A stretch of DNA of 64,000 bases from an uncultured Collinsella sp. (GCA_900539735.1 UQDE01000005.1:1452-65451); one strand, 5' to 3'; counted from the first letter of the stretch, positions 49,444 through 58,799 are shown. Numbers and translations: made by a program. Notes: a model not told the origin generated them from the letters alone.

Positions 49444-49935
49444 TTATGCCTCGCGCAGCCAATCAAACGCGACGCGCGGCGTACCGTCCGACACATATAC
49501 GATACCGGCGCGCTTAAACCCGGCCTTGGCGATGGCGCCCTGCATAGGCAGGTTGTCTTGGTGCGTGTCGATACGCAGATGGTCGATACGTTCCTTGGCA
49601 AAGGCAAACATCGCGGCCGCAACGCCATGCGTGGTGCCGTCGGACGCCACACGGTGCAGCACGGCGTACGGAGTGTCGCTGCGCCATCGCCCGTCCTCAA
49701 TTACGCCATAGCACTCGTCCGGGCCCGGTAAAAAGGCAAACGTCGCCACCACGCGGCCGTCGACTTCGCACACATAGCTGCCACCGGCGGCGATATCGGC
49801 AGCCAGTTGCTCGGCCGAAGGCGTGCCCTCGGGCCACTGCGTGGCGTTACCATGCGCGCGCATAAAGTCGCGGGCCGCGTCATAGATAGCCATGACGGCG
49901 GGAATGTCGGTATCGAGGGTTTTTCTGATCATCAC
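49444..49935 (-). CDS. GNAT-family N-acetyltransferase
   Basis: GNATQW, LHRVAS and RIDTHQDNLPMQ. Confidence 0.88.
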   Translation of the reverse strand: MMIRKTLDTDIPAVMAIYDAARDFMRAHGNATQWPEGTPSAEQLAADIAAGGSYVCEVDGRVVATFAFLPGPDECYGVIEDGRWRSDTPYAVLHRVASDGTTHGVAAAMFAFAKERIDHLRIDTHQDNLPMQGAIAKAGFKRAGIVYVSDGTPRVAFDWLREA

Positions 49936-50009
49936 GCGGCGACCTCACGTTTATTGGTATCACTTTGGTTGAGCAATGATACCAGCGTTTGGAGAGAGGC
50001 GCGAAGCAG

Positions 50010-50306
50010 ATGGGAAGCAAAAAGCGAGCCGCCTGGTCAAAGGCCAAAAGCGAGTTTTTGGGCGCTGCTACCGGCGGCGATATGAGCGACCTGTTTGCGC
50101 TCGAGGACGAGCGCCGCGACGCCCTAGACGCCGAGCGCGATGAAGCCTGGCGCTACAAGTCGTGCGAGCGCAAAAACCGTTACGACACGCGCGCCGAGGC
50201 CGAAGCCGTTATGGCCGACTGCGAAAACCGCGGACGGCGCGGTTTGGCCTGCTACAAATGCAAATACTGCGGCGGCTGGCACCTGACATCGCACCCTTGG
50301 AAATAG
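50010..50306 (+). CDS. Small hypothetical protein with putative Zn-binding motif
   Basis: GAGAGG RBS; SCERKNRY...CYKCKYCGGWHLTS. Confidence 0.75.
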   Translation: MGSKKRAAWSKAKSEFLGAATGGDMSDLFALEDERRDALDAERDEAWRYKSCERKNRYDTRAEAEAVMADCENRGRRGLACYKCKYCGGWHLTSHPWK

Positions 50307-50354
50307 GCACCGCATCGGCACGGCACCGACGGAGCGCCAACCATCGCACGCAAG

Positions 50355-51065
50355 CTACGGGCGCGGCGGCACCAAGACATCGTAACGAACGGCCTTGCCC
50401 GCAAGTTGATAGCTCGGCTTAACACCGGCAAGCAGCGGGCCCTTTACCGGCCGCTTGATAACGACTTTGCGCGGGTGCACCGCAAGCGCAGCTTCGACCA
50501 GCGTCCCCTCATCAGCACACGGCTGTTCCAAATGGTGCAGGAGTTGGAACTTCTTTTTAACCGCCGCGCTCTTGGTGCGCCCGGGAAACATGGGGTCCAG
50601 ATACACCACGTCGGGAGCGGTGAGCTCGCCCCGCCCGATCAGCTCAGCCGCATGGCGAAGACCGACAATGCTGTCCTCGCCCGCATGTAAGCGCATGCGC
50701 GCCACGGCTGTCGCAAGCGCCGGATCATCTGCCGCGCGATCCAAAGCATCCTTGAGGAGCGCCGCGATCACGCAATCCTGCTCATACAGATCGACGGTAA
50801 AGCCCGCAGCCGCCAACAGCAGCGAATCCTCGCCAAAGCCCGCCGTGGCGTCAATCGCCCATGGTTGCTCGATGCCTTTTGTGCGCGCAGCCTTTACCAG
50901 CAGCTCTTGCTGCAGACGACCCTGCTTGAGCCGCGGAAGCATGCGGCCAAAATCGGCGCGCAGCTCCATCGTGCCGTCGGTAAGCGTGAGACCCTCGGAC
51001 TTCCCGGTCAGCTCAAGCCCCGCGGCCCGAGCAACAGAAAAGGGATCGACGACACCCATGGACAC
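50355..51065 (-). CDS. rsmJ: RsmJ/YhiQ-like 16S rRNA methyltransferase
   Basis: DATAGFGEDS, VYLDPMFP, KSAAVKK and VVIKRP. Confidence 0.8.
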   Translation of the reverse strand: MSMGVVDPFSVARAAGLELTGKSEGLTLTDGTMELRADFGRMLPRLKQGRLQQELLVKAARTKGIEQPWAIDATAGFGEDSLLLAAAGFTVDLYEQDCVIAALLKDALDRAADDPALATAVARMRLHAGEDSIVGLRHAAELIGRGELTAPDVVYLDPMFPGRTKSAAVKKKFQLLHHLEQPCADEGTLVEAALAVHPRKVVIKRPVKGPLLAGVKPSYQLAGKAVRYDVLVPPRP

Positions 51066-51122
51066 CCCTTAACAAGCAAAACGAATACGTGAGCGCCGTT
51101 CATGACGACGCCCAACCATCCG

Positions 51123-51266
51123 CTATTGTCCCACATGCGACATGGCCCACAGCATCCCAATGCAAAGCACCGCCATCAATCCCGTGCACACGGCAGCGAT
51201 CGCAGAATCACTTATGCGCCTTCCCAACGACCGCGGTTCACGCACTTGCCCTGCTCCGTACATCAT
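51123..51266 (-). CDS. 47-aa single-pass membrane small protein (absent from ORF track)
   Basis: AAGGAGGAG RBS; MMYGAGQVREPRSLGRRISDSAIAAVCTGLMAVLCIGMLWAMSHVGQ. Confidence 0.6.
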   Translation of the reverse strand: MMYGAGQVREPRSLGRRISDSAIAAVCTGLMAVLCIGMLWAMSHVGQ

Positions 51267-51498
51267 GGCTCCTCCTTCGGTCCAGCTCTTACCATGGACC
51301 CATCATCGCAGCGCCGCGCATACGCTGCCATCGATTTGGCTTACGTCCAGCTTTCCTTTTTGAAAGGTTGGGTTGGGTCGCGCGGGCTCAAAGCGCTTTC
51401 AGGCGCATGCATCGCCGCGTTGAACTACAATGTGCTTCACCATATGTGCAGCACATTGGGTGCGCCAAGTTGGCGTACTCGTATCGAAAGGACCAGCC

Positions 51499-51900
51499 AT
51501 GAGCTTCACTCGCAAGACACTCAAAATCCTTGCCCTCATCTATTTTGTTTTGGGCATCGCCAGCCTGGTTATCGGAATCGCCGGCATCGCGACCGGCAAG
51601 CTCGAGTCCACCTACGGACCGAACGCCATGCTCGCCGCGGTCGTGCTTATCGCCAAGGGTCTCATCGACCTCGCCGCGGGCGTTGCGGGCATCAAGGGCG
51701 CCAACAAGCCTTCGCAGGTGGATGGCGCGTTTAAGCTCGGCATCATCGCCGCGGTCGCCACGATTGCGCAGGCCGTGCTCACGCTCCCCGCGTTCGGCGG
51801 CGACGCCATCAACTATGGTGCCTTTGTCATCGTGGTGTACGACCTGTTCTTTGTTCAGCAGGCACACGACGTCAAGGCCGAGAACAAGGATCGCCTGTAG
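51499..51900 (+). CDS. Four-TM membrane protein, unknown function
   Basis: GAAAGGA RBS, hydrophobic segments, downstream terminator. Confidence 0.8.
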   Translation: MSFTRKTLKILALIYFVLGIASLVIGIAGIATGKLESTYGPNAMLAAVVLIAKGLIDLAAGVAGIKGANKPSQVDGAFKLGIIAAVATIAQAVLTLPAFGGDAINYGAFVIVVYDLFFVQQAHDVKAENKDRL

Positions 51901-51936
51901 GCGCTCGCTTCTCATAACCTCTACAGCCAAGCAACT

Positions 51937-51974
51937 AAAAAGGGCCGACCGCGCATCTCCGCGGTCGGCCCTTT
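51937..51974. terminator. Bidirectional terminator
   Basis: AAAAAGGGCCGACCGCG/CGCGGTCGGCCCTTT. Confidence 0.8.
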
Positions 51975-51990
51975 GCGTTTACCCAGATAA

Positions 51991-52027
51991 AACCTACCAA
52001 AACAAACCTGTCCCTTTTTGGCAGGTT
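51991..52027. repeat. REP-like palindrome with CCTGTCCC loop
   Basis: AACCTACCAAAACAAACCTGTCCCTTTTTGGCAGGTT; copy of 31368-31402. Confidence 0.75.
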
Positions 52028-52028
52028 G

Positions 52029-52844
52029 TTAGCTGTGGCGGTACTCGGCGATGATGAAGTCGATGTCAGTCTGAAGGGTATCGAGGTTTGCCAGGCGCTC
52101 TTTGTCGGCGGGGCGCGTGCGGTAGTAGTACGGCGTCATTTGGAACACCGCCTCGATGTCCGCCTGGGTCTGAAGCGTAATATTCGCAGACACCCGCTGC
52201 GTTCCGACCAACTCGAGCTCGATGGTCTTCGGCAGCTTCTCATCGTTAAGGTACGGCGTGTCGTAGAGTACCTCCTTGAGCCCAAACAAATGACGGGCAC
52301 CCGGCACGACGGTGCAGAGCGAGCCCTCGGGCGCCAGCACGCGGGCAAACTCGCGCTCGTTAAAGGGAGCAAAGAGCTCGGTCACCATATCGAAGGCGCC
52401 ATCGGCCACGGGGATATCCTTCATGTTGGCCACAAAATAGGTCGCATCGCCGCGCCTGGCGGCCAGGCGCACCATCTCTTTGCCCAGGTCGAAACCGTAA
52501 GCATCCACGCCCGGCACCGCGCCCATGGCGCTGGTGTAGTAGCCCTCGCCACAGCAAATATCGAGCAGCGTCATGGGGTCGTTCGTAGACGCGGCACGCC
52601 CAGACACCCGCTCGCGCACCAACTCAACCATCGCATCGCGCAACGGCGCATAGTAACCGCAATTCAGAAAGTCACGGCGGCTGCGTGCCTGCGACTTGGG
52701 ATCGCCCATAGAGTCGCCGCTCTTGGACGAGCGCAGTAGATATAGATAGCCCTCGCGCGCACGGTCAAACCGGTGTCCACCCGCGCACACAGCACCGCGC
52801 TCGTCGTCCACCAACGGCTCATGGCAAACGGGACACAACAACAT
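52029..52844 (-). CDS. rlmA: RlmA-like 23S rRNA m1G methyltransferase
   Basis: CPVC...C...H zinc finger, FDRAREGY, LDICCGEGYY and MTPYYY. Confidence 0.8.
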   Translation of the reverse strand: MLLCPVCHEPLVDDERGAVCAGGHRFDRAREGYLYLLRSSKSGDSMGDPKSQARSRRDFLNCGYYAPLRDAMVELVRERVSGRAASTNDPMTLLDICCGEGYYTSAMGAVPGVDAYGFDLGKEMVRLAARRGDATYFVANMKDIPVADGAFDMVTELFAPFNEREFARVLAPEGSLCTVVPGARHLFGLKEVLYDTPYLNDEKLPKTIELELVGTQRVSANITLQTQADIEAVFQMTPYYYRTRPADKERLANLDTLQTDIDFIIAEYRHS

Positions 52845-52900
52845 GGCAACTCCTTAGCGCGAACAACACAACGCCCACCATTGTCGCACGCCTTCCCCAC

Positions 52901-52959
52901 CTAGTCATTGGGGGACGTTCTTGAACGACTAGTCGTTTAAGAACGTCCCCAATGACTAG
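52901..52959. repeat. Inverted REP doublet (REPIN-like), GAACGTCCCC family
   Basis: CTAGTCATTGGGGGACGTTCTTGAACGA-CTAG-TCGTTTAAGAACGTCCCCAATGACTAG. Confidence 0.8.
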
Positions 52960-53023
52960 TCGATTAGGAGTATCATCGTCTGCGCAAATAAGCACGAAAT
53001 AGCATATTAGAGATTGAGAGCGT

Positions 53024-54406
53024 ATGGCTGATACCGCATCTAAGCACATTGACATGACCACCGGATCGCTGTGGCGTAACATTCCCCTGTTCGCCTTCCC
53101 CGTGGCCGCCACGAGCATCTTGGAGCAGCTGTCGAACCTCATCGCCACGGTCATCATCGGCAACTTCTCGGGCGACCAGGGAACCCTCGCCATGGCGGCG
53201 GTCGGCTCCAATGTTCCGCTTACCAGTCTTATGCTCAACCTGTTTATTGGCATGTCACTTGGCTCCAATGTGGTCATCGCCAACGCTATCGGCCGCAACG
53301 ACCAGAACATGGTCAAACGCGCCGTCCATACCTCGATTCTTATGGCACTTGTGGGCTTTGTCGTCATCGCTCTGGGCGAGGTCTTTGCCGAGCCCATGCT
53401 CGCTGCGCTCAACGTCCCCGCCGAGACCATGCCGCTCGCTTCGCTCTACCTGCGCGTCTTTTTGCTGAGCATGCCCTCGATCTTGCTTTACAACTTTGAG
53501 GCCGCGATCTTCCGCTCCGTCGGCATCACCCGCATGCCGCTGCAGGCGCTTGCCGTGTCCACCGTCCTCAACATTGGCCTGGACCTCATCTTTGTCCCCG
53601 TACTCCACTGGGGCGTCGCGGGCGTCGCCATCGCCACCGCCATCGCCTACACCGTCAGCGCCGCTACACTCTTTATCCGCCTGCTCAAGACCGACTCCGT
53701 CGTCCGCGTCACCCCACGCGACCTGGCTATCGACCCCGTCGCCCTCAAGCGCATCGTCAAGATCGGACTGCCCGCCGGCATCCAAAGCGCTGTCTTTGCC
53801 GTCGCCAACATCATCATCCAGTCCGCCATCAACAGCCTGGGCACCGAGGTCATGGCGGCATCGAGCGCCGCCATGAGCCTGGAGTACGTGTGCTACAACC
53901 TGCTCAACAGCTTTAGCCAGGCTTGCACCACCTTTGTGGGACAAAACCACGGTGCTCGCCAGATCGACCGCTGCACCAAAACGCTTAAGGTCTGCCTGGT
54001 CGAAGGCGGTATCGTTGCCCTCACCACGATTATCGTTATTGTCGGTCTGGGGCGCGAGATCCTATCGCTGTTCAACAGCGATCCCAACATCGTCTCGATC
54101 GGCTATATCCGCGTGTGCTCGATTTTCCCGGCGTACGCCTTTAGCATGTTCTACGAAAACATGTCCGGCTACCTGCGCGGCTTTGGTATCTCGCTCATGC
54201 CCGCCCTCATCACCATGATCTGTGTCTGCGGCATCCGCTTCTATTGGGTGTTCTGCGTGTTCCCGCACTTCCGCACCTTTGCGAACATCATGATGGTCTA
54301 CCCCATCAGCCTGGGCACCACGGCGTTCTTTATGGTCGTGGCGGTATTACTCTGCCACCCGGCACGCACCTATCGCGCCGCCCAAGCCAAAGCGACAGCC
54401 CGCTAA
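53024..54406 (+). CDS. MATE-family efflux transporter
   Basis: DMTTGS, AAVGS, LYNFEAAIFRSVG, NIGLDLIF and FVGQNHGA. Confidence 0.93.
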   Translation: MADTASKHIDMTTGSLWRNIPLFAFPVAATSILEQLSNLIATVIIGNFSGDQGTLAMAAVGSNVPLTSLMLNLFIGMSLGSNVVIANAIGRNDQNMVKRAVHTSILMALVGFVVIALGEVFAEPMLAALNVPAETMPLASLYLRVFLLSMPSILLYNFEAAIFRSVGITRMPLQALAVSTVLNIGLDLIFVPVLHWGVAGVAIATAIAYTVSAATLFIRLLKTDSVVRVTPRDLAIDPVALKRIVKIGLPAGIQSAVFAVANIIIQSAINSLGTEVMAASSAAMSLEYVCYNLLNSFSQACTTFVGQNHGARQIDRCTKTLKVCLVEGGIVALTTIIVIVGLGREILSLFNSDPNIVSIGYIRVCSIFPAYAFSMFYENMSGYLRGFGISLMPALITMICVCGIRFYWVFCVFPHFRTFANIMMVYPISLGTTAFFMVVAVLLCHPARTYRAAQAKATAR

Positions 54407-54433
54407 ACACCGCACTCAACGCCACGCCAGTCA

Positions 54434-55300
54434 TTAATTGACAATATGCGAGCTCATATAGTCGATAAAGCGCCTCGTGGCGATGGGCATGGTGTCCCAG
54501 CTGCGCCAGGCGGCCACCACGTCGCGCGAGGGGGCATGCACGATAGGCCGCACACGGATATCGGCTTGCACGCCCTCAACGGTACGGCGATAAAGCATAC
54601 TCACGCCCAGGCCTTCCTCCACCATCGCCATGATGGTGTAGTCGTCGGTCACCTCGCTCGTCACGTGCGGCGACAGCCCATGCGCCGCGAATGCATCGAG
54701 CACCAGGCTCTGTTCGCCCTCATCCAGCAGCACAAACGGCTCGGTCGCCAGATCGGCGAGCGTCACCTTTTCCTTTGCCGCCAGCGGATGCGCAGCCGGT
54801 AACAGTGCCACCAACTCATCGTGATAGACCACGCGTTTCTCGAGCCCAGCGGTAAATCCGCGTGCCGTAAAACAAAAATCGACCACGCCATCGTGCACCC
54901 ACTGAGCGTTGCGCGTGTAATCGCCCTGCTTGAGGGTAAAGTGTACGCCCGGGTGCAGGGCCCCAAAGTCGCGGATCACGCGCGGCAACACGGTTCGACT
55001 CACGTTGGTAAACGTCGCAATACGAATATCAGTCGAGGAAAGTCCCAGCAGCTCCTGGCGCTTGCCCTCGAGCTCGGCCTCGGCGGTCACGATCTGGCGC
55101 AGGTACGGCAGATACTGCTTGCCGTCGCGCGTAAGCGAAACGCCCTGCTTGCCGCGCTCGATAAGCGTGGTGCCTAACTCGCGCTCGAGCGCCTTGACGG
55201 CCTGGCTCACCGCACTTTGCGTATAGCCCAGCTCATCGGCCGCGCCCTTAAGACTGCCGCGATCGACCACCATACAAACAATCTGATACCGCGATGCCAT
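54434..55300 (-). CDS. LysR-family regulator (paralog of 18528-19385)
   Basis: AADELGYTQSAVSQ HTH; DDYTIMAMVEEGLGVS. Confidence 0.93.
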   Translation of the reverse strand: MASRYQIVCMVVDRGSLKGAADELGYTQSAVSQAVKALERELGTTLIERGKQGVSLTRDGKQYLPYLRQIVTAEAELEGKRQELLGLSSTDIRIATFTNVSRTVLPRVIRDFGALHPGVHFTLKQGDYTRNAQWVHDGVVDFCFTARGFTAGLEKRVVYHDELVALLPAAHPLAAKEKVTLADLATEPFVLLDEGEQSLVLDAFAAHGLSPHVTSEVTDDYTIMAMVEEGLGVSMLYRRTVEGVQADIRVRPIVHAPSRDVVAAWRSWDTMPIATRRFIDYMSSHIVN

Positions 55301-55458
55301 TGTGCCTCCCCATCAATGCAGACGTAAAACGTTTTGCCAGGGCTTTTTCTGCCCACATTAGCATTTCTTAATCATACTGAAGATACATTCGCTTTACTAC
55401 ATCCACATCTGAGAGCAGAATCCTTTTTACGAAACCGTTCTGTAACAAAAGGAGCCCC

Positions 55459-56361
55459 ATGGATCGCAAAAAAGCAATCGCGCTCTCATTTTCCGTTCCC
55501 GTCGCATGGGGCTTTTCGTACCCCCTCATGAAGATCGGCATGGACAGCATGAACGCCACGAGCATCGTTGCGCTGCGCTGCATCATCGCCTTTGTGGCCT
55601 GCCTGCTGCTCTTCCACAAGCGCGCTTTCCGTATCAACCGCGACCTTATGGTTCGCGCCGCTATCATCGGCGCCATTATGGCAACCGAGCTCACCTGCAT
55701 GTGCCTGGGCTCCAGCCTCACCTCTGCCTCCACTGCCGGCTTTTTGCAGAGCCTGACGGTCGTGATCGTGCCGTTTGCCAACGCCGCCCTGCTGCGTCGC
55801 GCCCCCGAGCGCAAGGTGCTCGTCGGCACGGCTATCGTCACCTGCGGCATGCTGCTGCTCTCGGGCGCCGACTTCACCAGCCTGAACCCGGGCGCGATCA
55901 TCATGCTGCTCTCCGCTTTTGTCTACGCCGGCCATATCATTGTCGCCAAGCGCTTTGTCGAAGAAGTCGATCCGCTGGCTCTGGGCGTTTGGCAGCTAGG
56001 CTTTGGCGGTTTGTTCTCGGGCGTCGCGGCATTCACCTTTGGCGGCTTCACGCTTCCCAGCACGCCGGGCGAAATCGTGGTCGTCGTCGCGCTCGCACTC
56101 ATCTGCTCTGCCTACGGCTTTATCACCCAGACGCTCGTGCAGCCCCACGTGCCCGCCGAGACCACCGGCTTTGCCTTCTCGCTCGAGCCGGTCTGCTCCG
56201 CCGTCTTCTCGTTCTTCCTGGTCGGCGAGGTCCTGAGCCCCATCGCCTTCTTTGGCGCCGCCCTCATCCTCACCGGCGTCATGGTAGCAACCGTCGAGCT
56301 TCCGCGCCTCCGCGCGCATGGACAGGCTCGCATGGCAGGAGCGCCCGAGCACGTCTCGTAG
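55459..56361 (+). CDS. DMT/EamA-family transporter
   Basis: WGFSY, AGFLQSL, SLEPV and GEVL; ~10 TM segments. Confidence 0.9.
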   Translation: MDRKKAIALSFSVPVAWGFSYPLMKIGMDSMNATSIVALRCIIAFVACLLLFHKRAFRINRDLMVRAAIIGAIMATELTCMCLGSSLTSASTAGFLQSLTVVIVPFANAALLRRAPERKVLVGTAIVTCGMLLLSGADFTSLNPGAIIMLLSAFVYAGHIIVAKRFVEEVDPLALGVWQLGFGGLFSGVAAFTFGGFTLPSTPGEIVVVVALALICSAYGFITQTLVQPHVPAETTGFAFSLEPVCSAVFSFFLVGEVLSPIAFFGAALILTGVMVATVELPRLRAHGQARMAGAPEHVS

Positions 56362-56449
56362 ACCCCGCTCTTCATACAGCCGCGGCATAAAGGCAACCGG
56401 TGCGCCTTTACAATAGATGCCAACAGAGTATCTGCCATAAAGGAGCCCC

Positions 56450-57175
56450 ATGGACACCGCAACCCGCGACCGCAACATAGCAACTTGGTTGGGCGATGCA
56501 CCGCAGCCGGTACGTAACACTACGAACCAGCTGCTCGAGCGCATCGCCCTTTTGCGTGCCGAGCAGACTATCTACCCGGCACAAGACGACATCCTCAATG
56601 CCCTCGCCTACACGCCGGCCAACCAGGTCAAGGTTGTCATCTTGGGTCAAGACCCCTATCACGGACCCAACCAGGCCATGGGGCTGTCGTTCTCGGTCCC
56701 CGCGACGCAAACCAAGTTGCCGCCGAGCCTGCGTAACATTTACAAGGAACTCAATGCCGATCTGGGCTGCCCTATTCCCGCCACGGGAGACCTAACCCCA
56801 TGGGCACGGCAGGGCGTCCTGCTTCTCAACACTACGCTCACCGTGCGCGAGCACGCCGCGAACTCGCACGCCAAGCTGGGCTGGAGCACGCTCACCGACT
56901 ACGTTATCGAACGCTGCTGCCAGCTGCCCCAGCCGGTAGTCTTTTTGGCATGGGGTCGCTTTGCCCAGCAGATGGTCGAAGGTAAGCTCGTCGCGACTGG
57001 CGCGGACAAGGCAGCCGACAAGTTCTGCCTGGCCTCTACGCATCCCTCGCCGCTTTCGGCCAACCGTGCCACGGCAGAACTCCCCGCCTTTATGGGGTCG
57101 CGCCCCTTCTCGGCAGCCAATCGGCTACTCGAACAGCACGGCTCGACCCCCGTCAACTGGAATTGCCTCGGATAA
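56450..57175 (+). CDS. ung: Uracil-DNA glycosylase (family 1)
   Basis: GQDPYH, PPSLRNI, GVLLLN and HPSPLS. Confidence 0.96.
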   Translation: MDTATRDRNIATWLGDAPQPVRNTTNQLLERIALLRAEQTIYPAQDDILNALAYTPANQVKVVILGQDPYHGPNQAMGLSFSVPATQTKLPPSLRNIYKELNADLGCPIPATGDLTPWARQGVLLLNTTLTVREHAANSHAKLGWSTLTDYVIERCCQLPQPVVFLAWGRFAQQMVEGKLVATGADKAADKFCLASTHPSPLSANRATAELPAFMGSRPFSAANRLLEQHGSTPVNWNCLG

Positions 57176-57189
57176 AAATCGATACATCA

Positions 57190-57229
57190 AAAACGCGCCC
57201 GACGGCAATCTTGCCATCGGGCGCGTTTT
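57190..57229. terminator. Bidirectional terminator
   Basis: AAAACGCGCCCGA/TCGGGCGCGTTTT. Confidence 0.8.
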
Positions 57230-57230
57230 G

Positions 57231-57911
57231 CTACTCGGGCCAGATAAACTGGGTACGGCCGGCCTCGCCGCCATCGATCAACAGACTCTGTCCGGTCATA
57301 AACCGGTTGGTCACGCCCACAAAGTAGATCCACTCGGCGATCTCTTGGGCGGTGGCCCAGCGTTTAAGCGGCGTGAGCTCCATAATCTGGTTCCACAGGT
57401 GCTCGTCTTCCATCACGCAACGGTTGAGCGGCGTGATAACGCCACCCGGGTCCACACTGTTGGCGATGGCCTGCGGCGCCAGGCGGTTTGCAAGGTTCTT
57501 GGTATAGGCGATAACGCCGCCCTTGCTGGCGGCATAGGCGGGAAACTCCGATCCCGTATGTCCGCTCGCCGACCCCACATTGACCACGGATTTGATAGCC
57601 GGTGCCGGCTTGGCGGCAAGCCCCTCCCCCACAAAGGCGTAGCGCTCGGTCACATTGATGGTGCCACACAGGTTGGCGGCGATGTCGTCAGCCGAATCCT
57701 GCGTACCGGCAACGTTCACGATTACCTGGGGTTCAAGGTCACCTGGAAACGATTCCGGCTCGCGGACATCAACGATCAGATGGCGGTAGCGCTCGTGTTC
57801 GATCGCCGCCGGCAGCAGATCAAAGCCCACGACCTCGTGGCCCTCGTCCAAAAAGCGCTGCACGCACGCGGCTCCGATACCGCCCGAAGCGCCCGTGATC
57901 AAAACCCGCAT
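57231..57911 (-). CDS. SDR-family oxidoreductase
   Basis: TGASGGIG, NVAG, S...YAASK and TGQSLLIDGG. Confidence 0.92.
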   Translation of the reverse strand: MRVLITGASGGIGAACVQRFLDEGHEVVGFDLLPAAIEHERYRHLIVDVREPESFPGDLEPQVIVNVAGTQDSADDIAANLCGTINVTERYAFVGEGLAAKPAPAIKSVVNVGSASGHTGSEFPAYAASKGGVIAYTKNLANRLAPQAIANSVDPGGVITPLNRCVMEDEHLWNQIMELTPLKRWATAQEIAEWIYFVGVTNRFMTGQSLLIDGGEAGRTQFIWPE

Positions 57912-57920
57912 ACTTGCTCC

Positions 57921-58643
57921 TTAGGCGGTTGCGTGGCGCTCGAGGTACTCGGAACCCACATTCTCGCGCTCCCAGCCGCGCACGACCCTGTAGCCCACGG
58001 GGCTCAGGAAGACCTCGCACAGCAGCTCGGCGACAGCGCCGGTCAGCGAGCACATAAGGACCTGCACCCAGGTCCAACCAAAGAACGTGTGGCTCACCAC
58101 AATGGCAAAGACCAGGTTGTCGATAAACTGGCCAACACCCGTAGACACATAGGAACGGAAGGCGAAGCTCGCAAAGTTATTCTTTTTGAGCATACGGCCG
58201 AGCGACTGGTTGAGCGTGGAGTTAACCACGGCAGAAACGAGCATTGCCAGCGAAGAGCCCAGCACCACGTACCAGGTGCCACCGATGGTGGCGTTAAGGG
58301 CGGTGTTGACCTCGATCATGCCCGTGTCGTAGTAGGCGCCCCACATGCCGGGCGTGAGCGAACATGCCCAAAAGCACAGGCTCACGGCCAGGTTAACCAG
58401 CAGCGCGAGGATAGAGATTTTGATGGATGCCTTGGCGCCAAAGCGCTTGCAGATCATGTCTTGGCACAAAAACGAAACCCAGCTCACCACAAAGCCACAG
58501 TCGAGCGCCAGATACGGCAGACTGATGAGCTCTTTGTTGGCCAGCAGGTTCATCATGATGACGCTCACGAAAAACAGCGAAACCGTTGCCGCGGGAATGC
58601 TCCGCAACAGGACCTTGTAGTCCTCCATGACCTTCTTGATCAT
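57921..58643 (-). CDS. VUT/YhhQ-family (queuosine precursor) transporter
   Basis: MNLLANK, D...KRFG and RSYVSTGVGQFIDNLVF. Confidence 0.82.
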   Translation of the reverse strand: MIKKVMEDYKVLLRSIPAATVSLFFVSVIMMNLLANKELISLPYLALDCGFVVSWVSFLCQDMICKRFGAKASIKISILALLVNLAVSLCFWACSLTPGMWGAYYDTGMIEVNTALNATIGGTWYVVLGSSLAMLVSAVVNSTLNQSLGRMLKKNNFASFAFRSYVSTGVGQFIDNLVFAIVVSHTFFGWTWVQVLMCSLTGAVAELLCEVFLSPVGYRVVRGWERENVGSEYLERHATA

Positions 58644-58649
58644 TATGTA

Positions 58650-58699
58650 CTCCTTTGGTTTTAGGTTTAACGAGCAGGATATCGGACCCGAACTGCTCG
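58650..58699 (-). ncRNA. Candidate preQ1-I-like riboswitch
   Basis: CGAGCAG-UUCGGGUCCGAUAUC-CUGCUCG stem-loop, then A-rich UUAAACCUAAAACCAAAGGAG tail containing the RBS of a VUT gene. Confidence 0.5.
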
Positions 58700-58799
58700 G
58701 ACGCCCCGGTCTTGAGACGACGGTGGGTATGATAGCCGCTCACACGGCATCAGGCAAGCAAGCGGCGCGGCAGCCCCGCAGGGCCACCGCGCCGATGCG

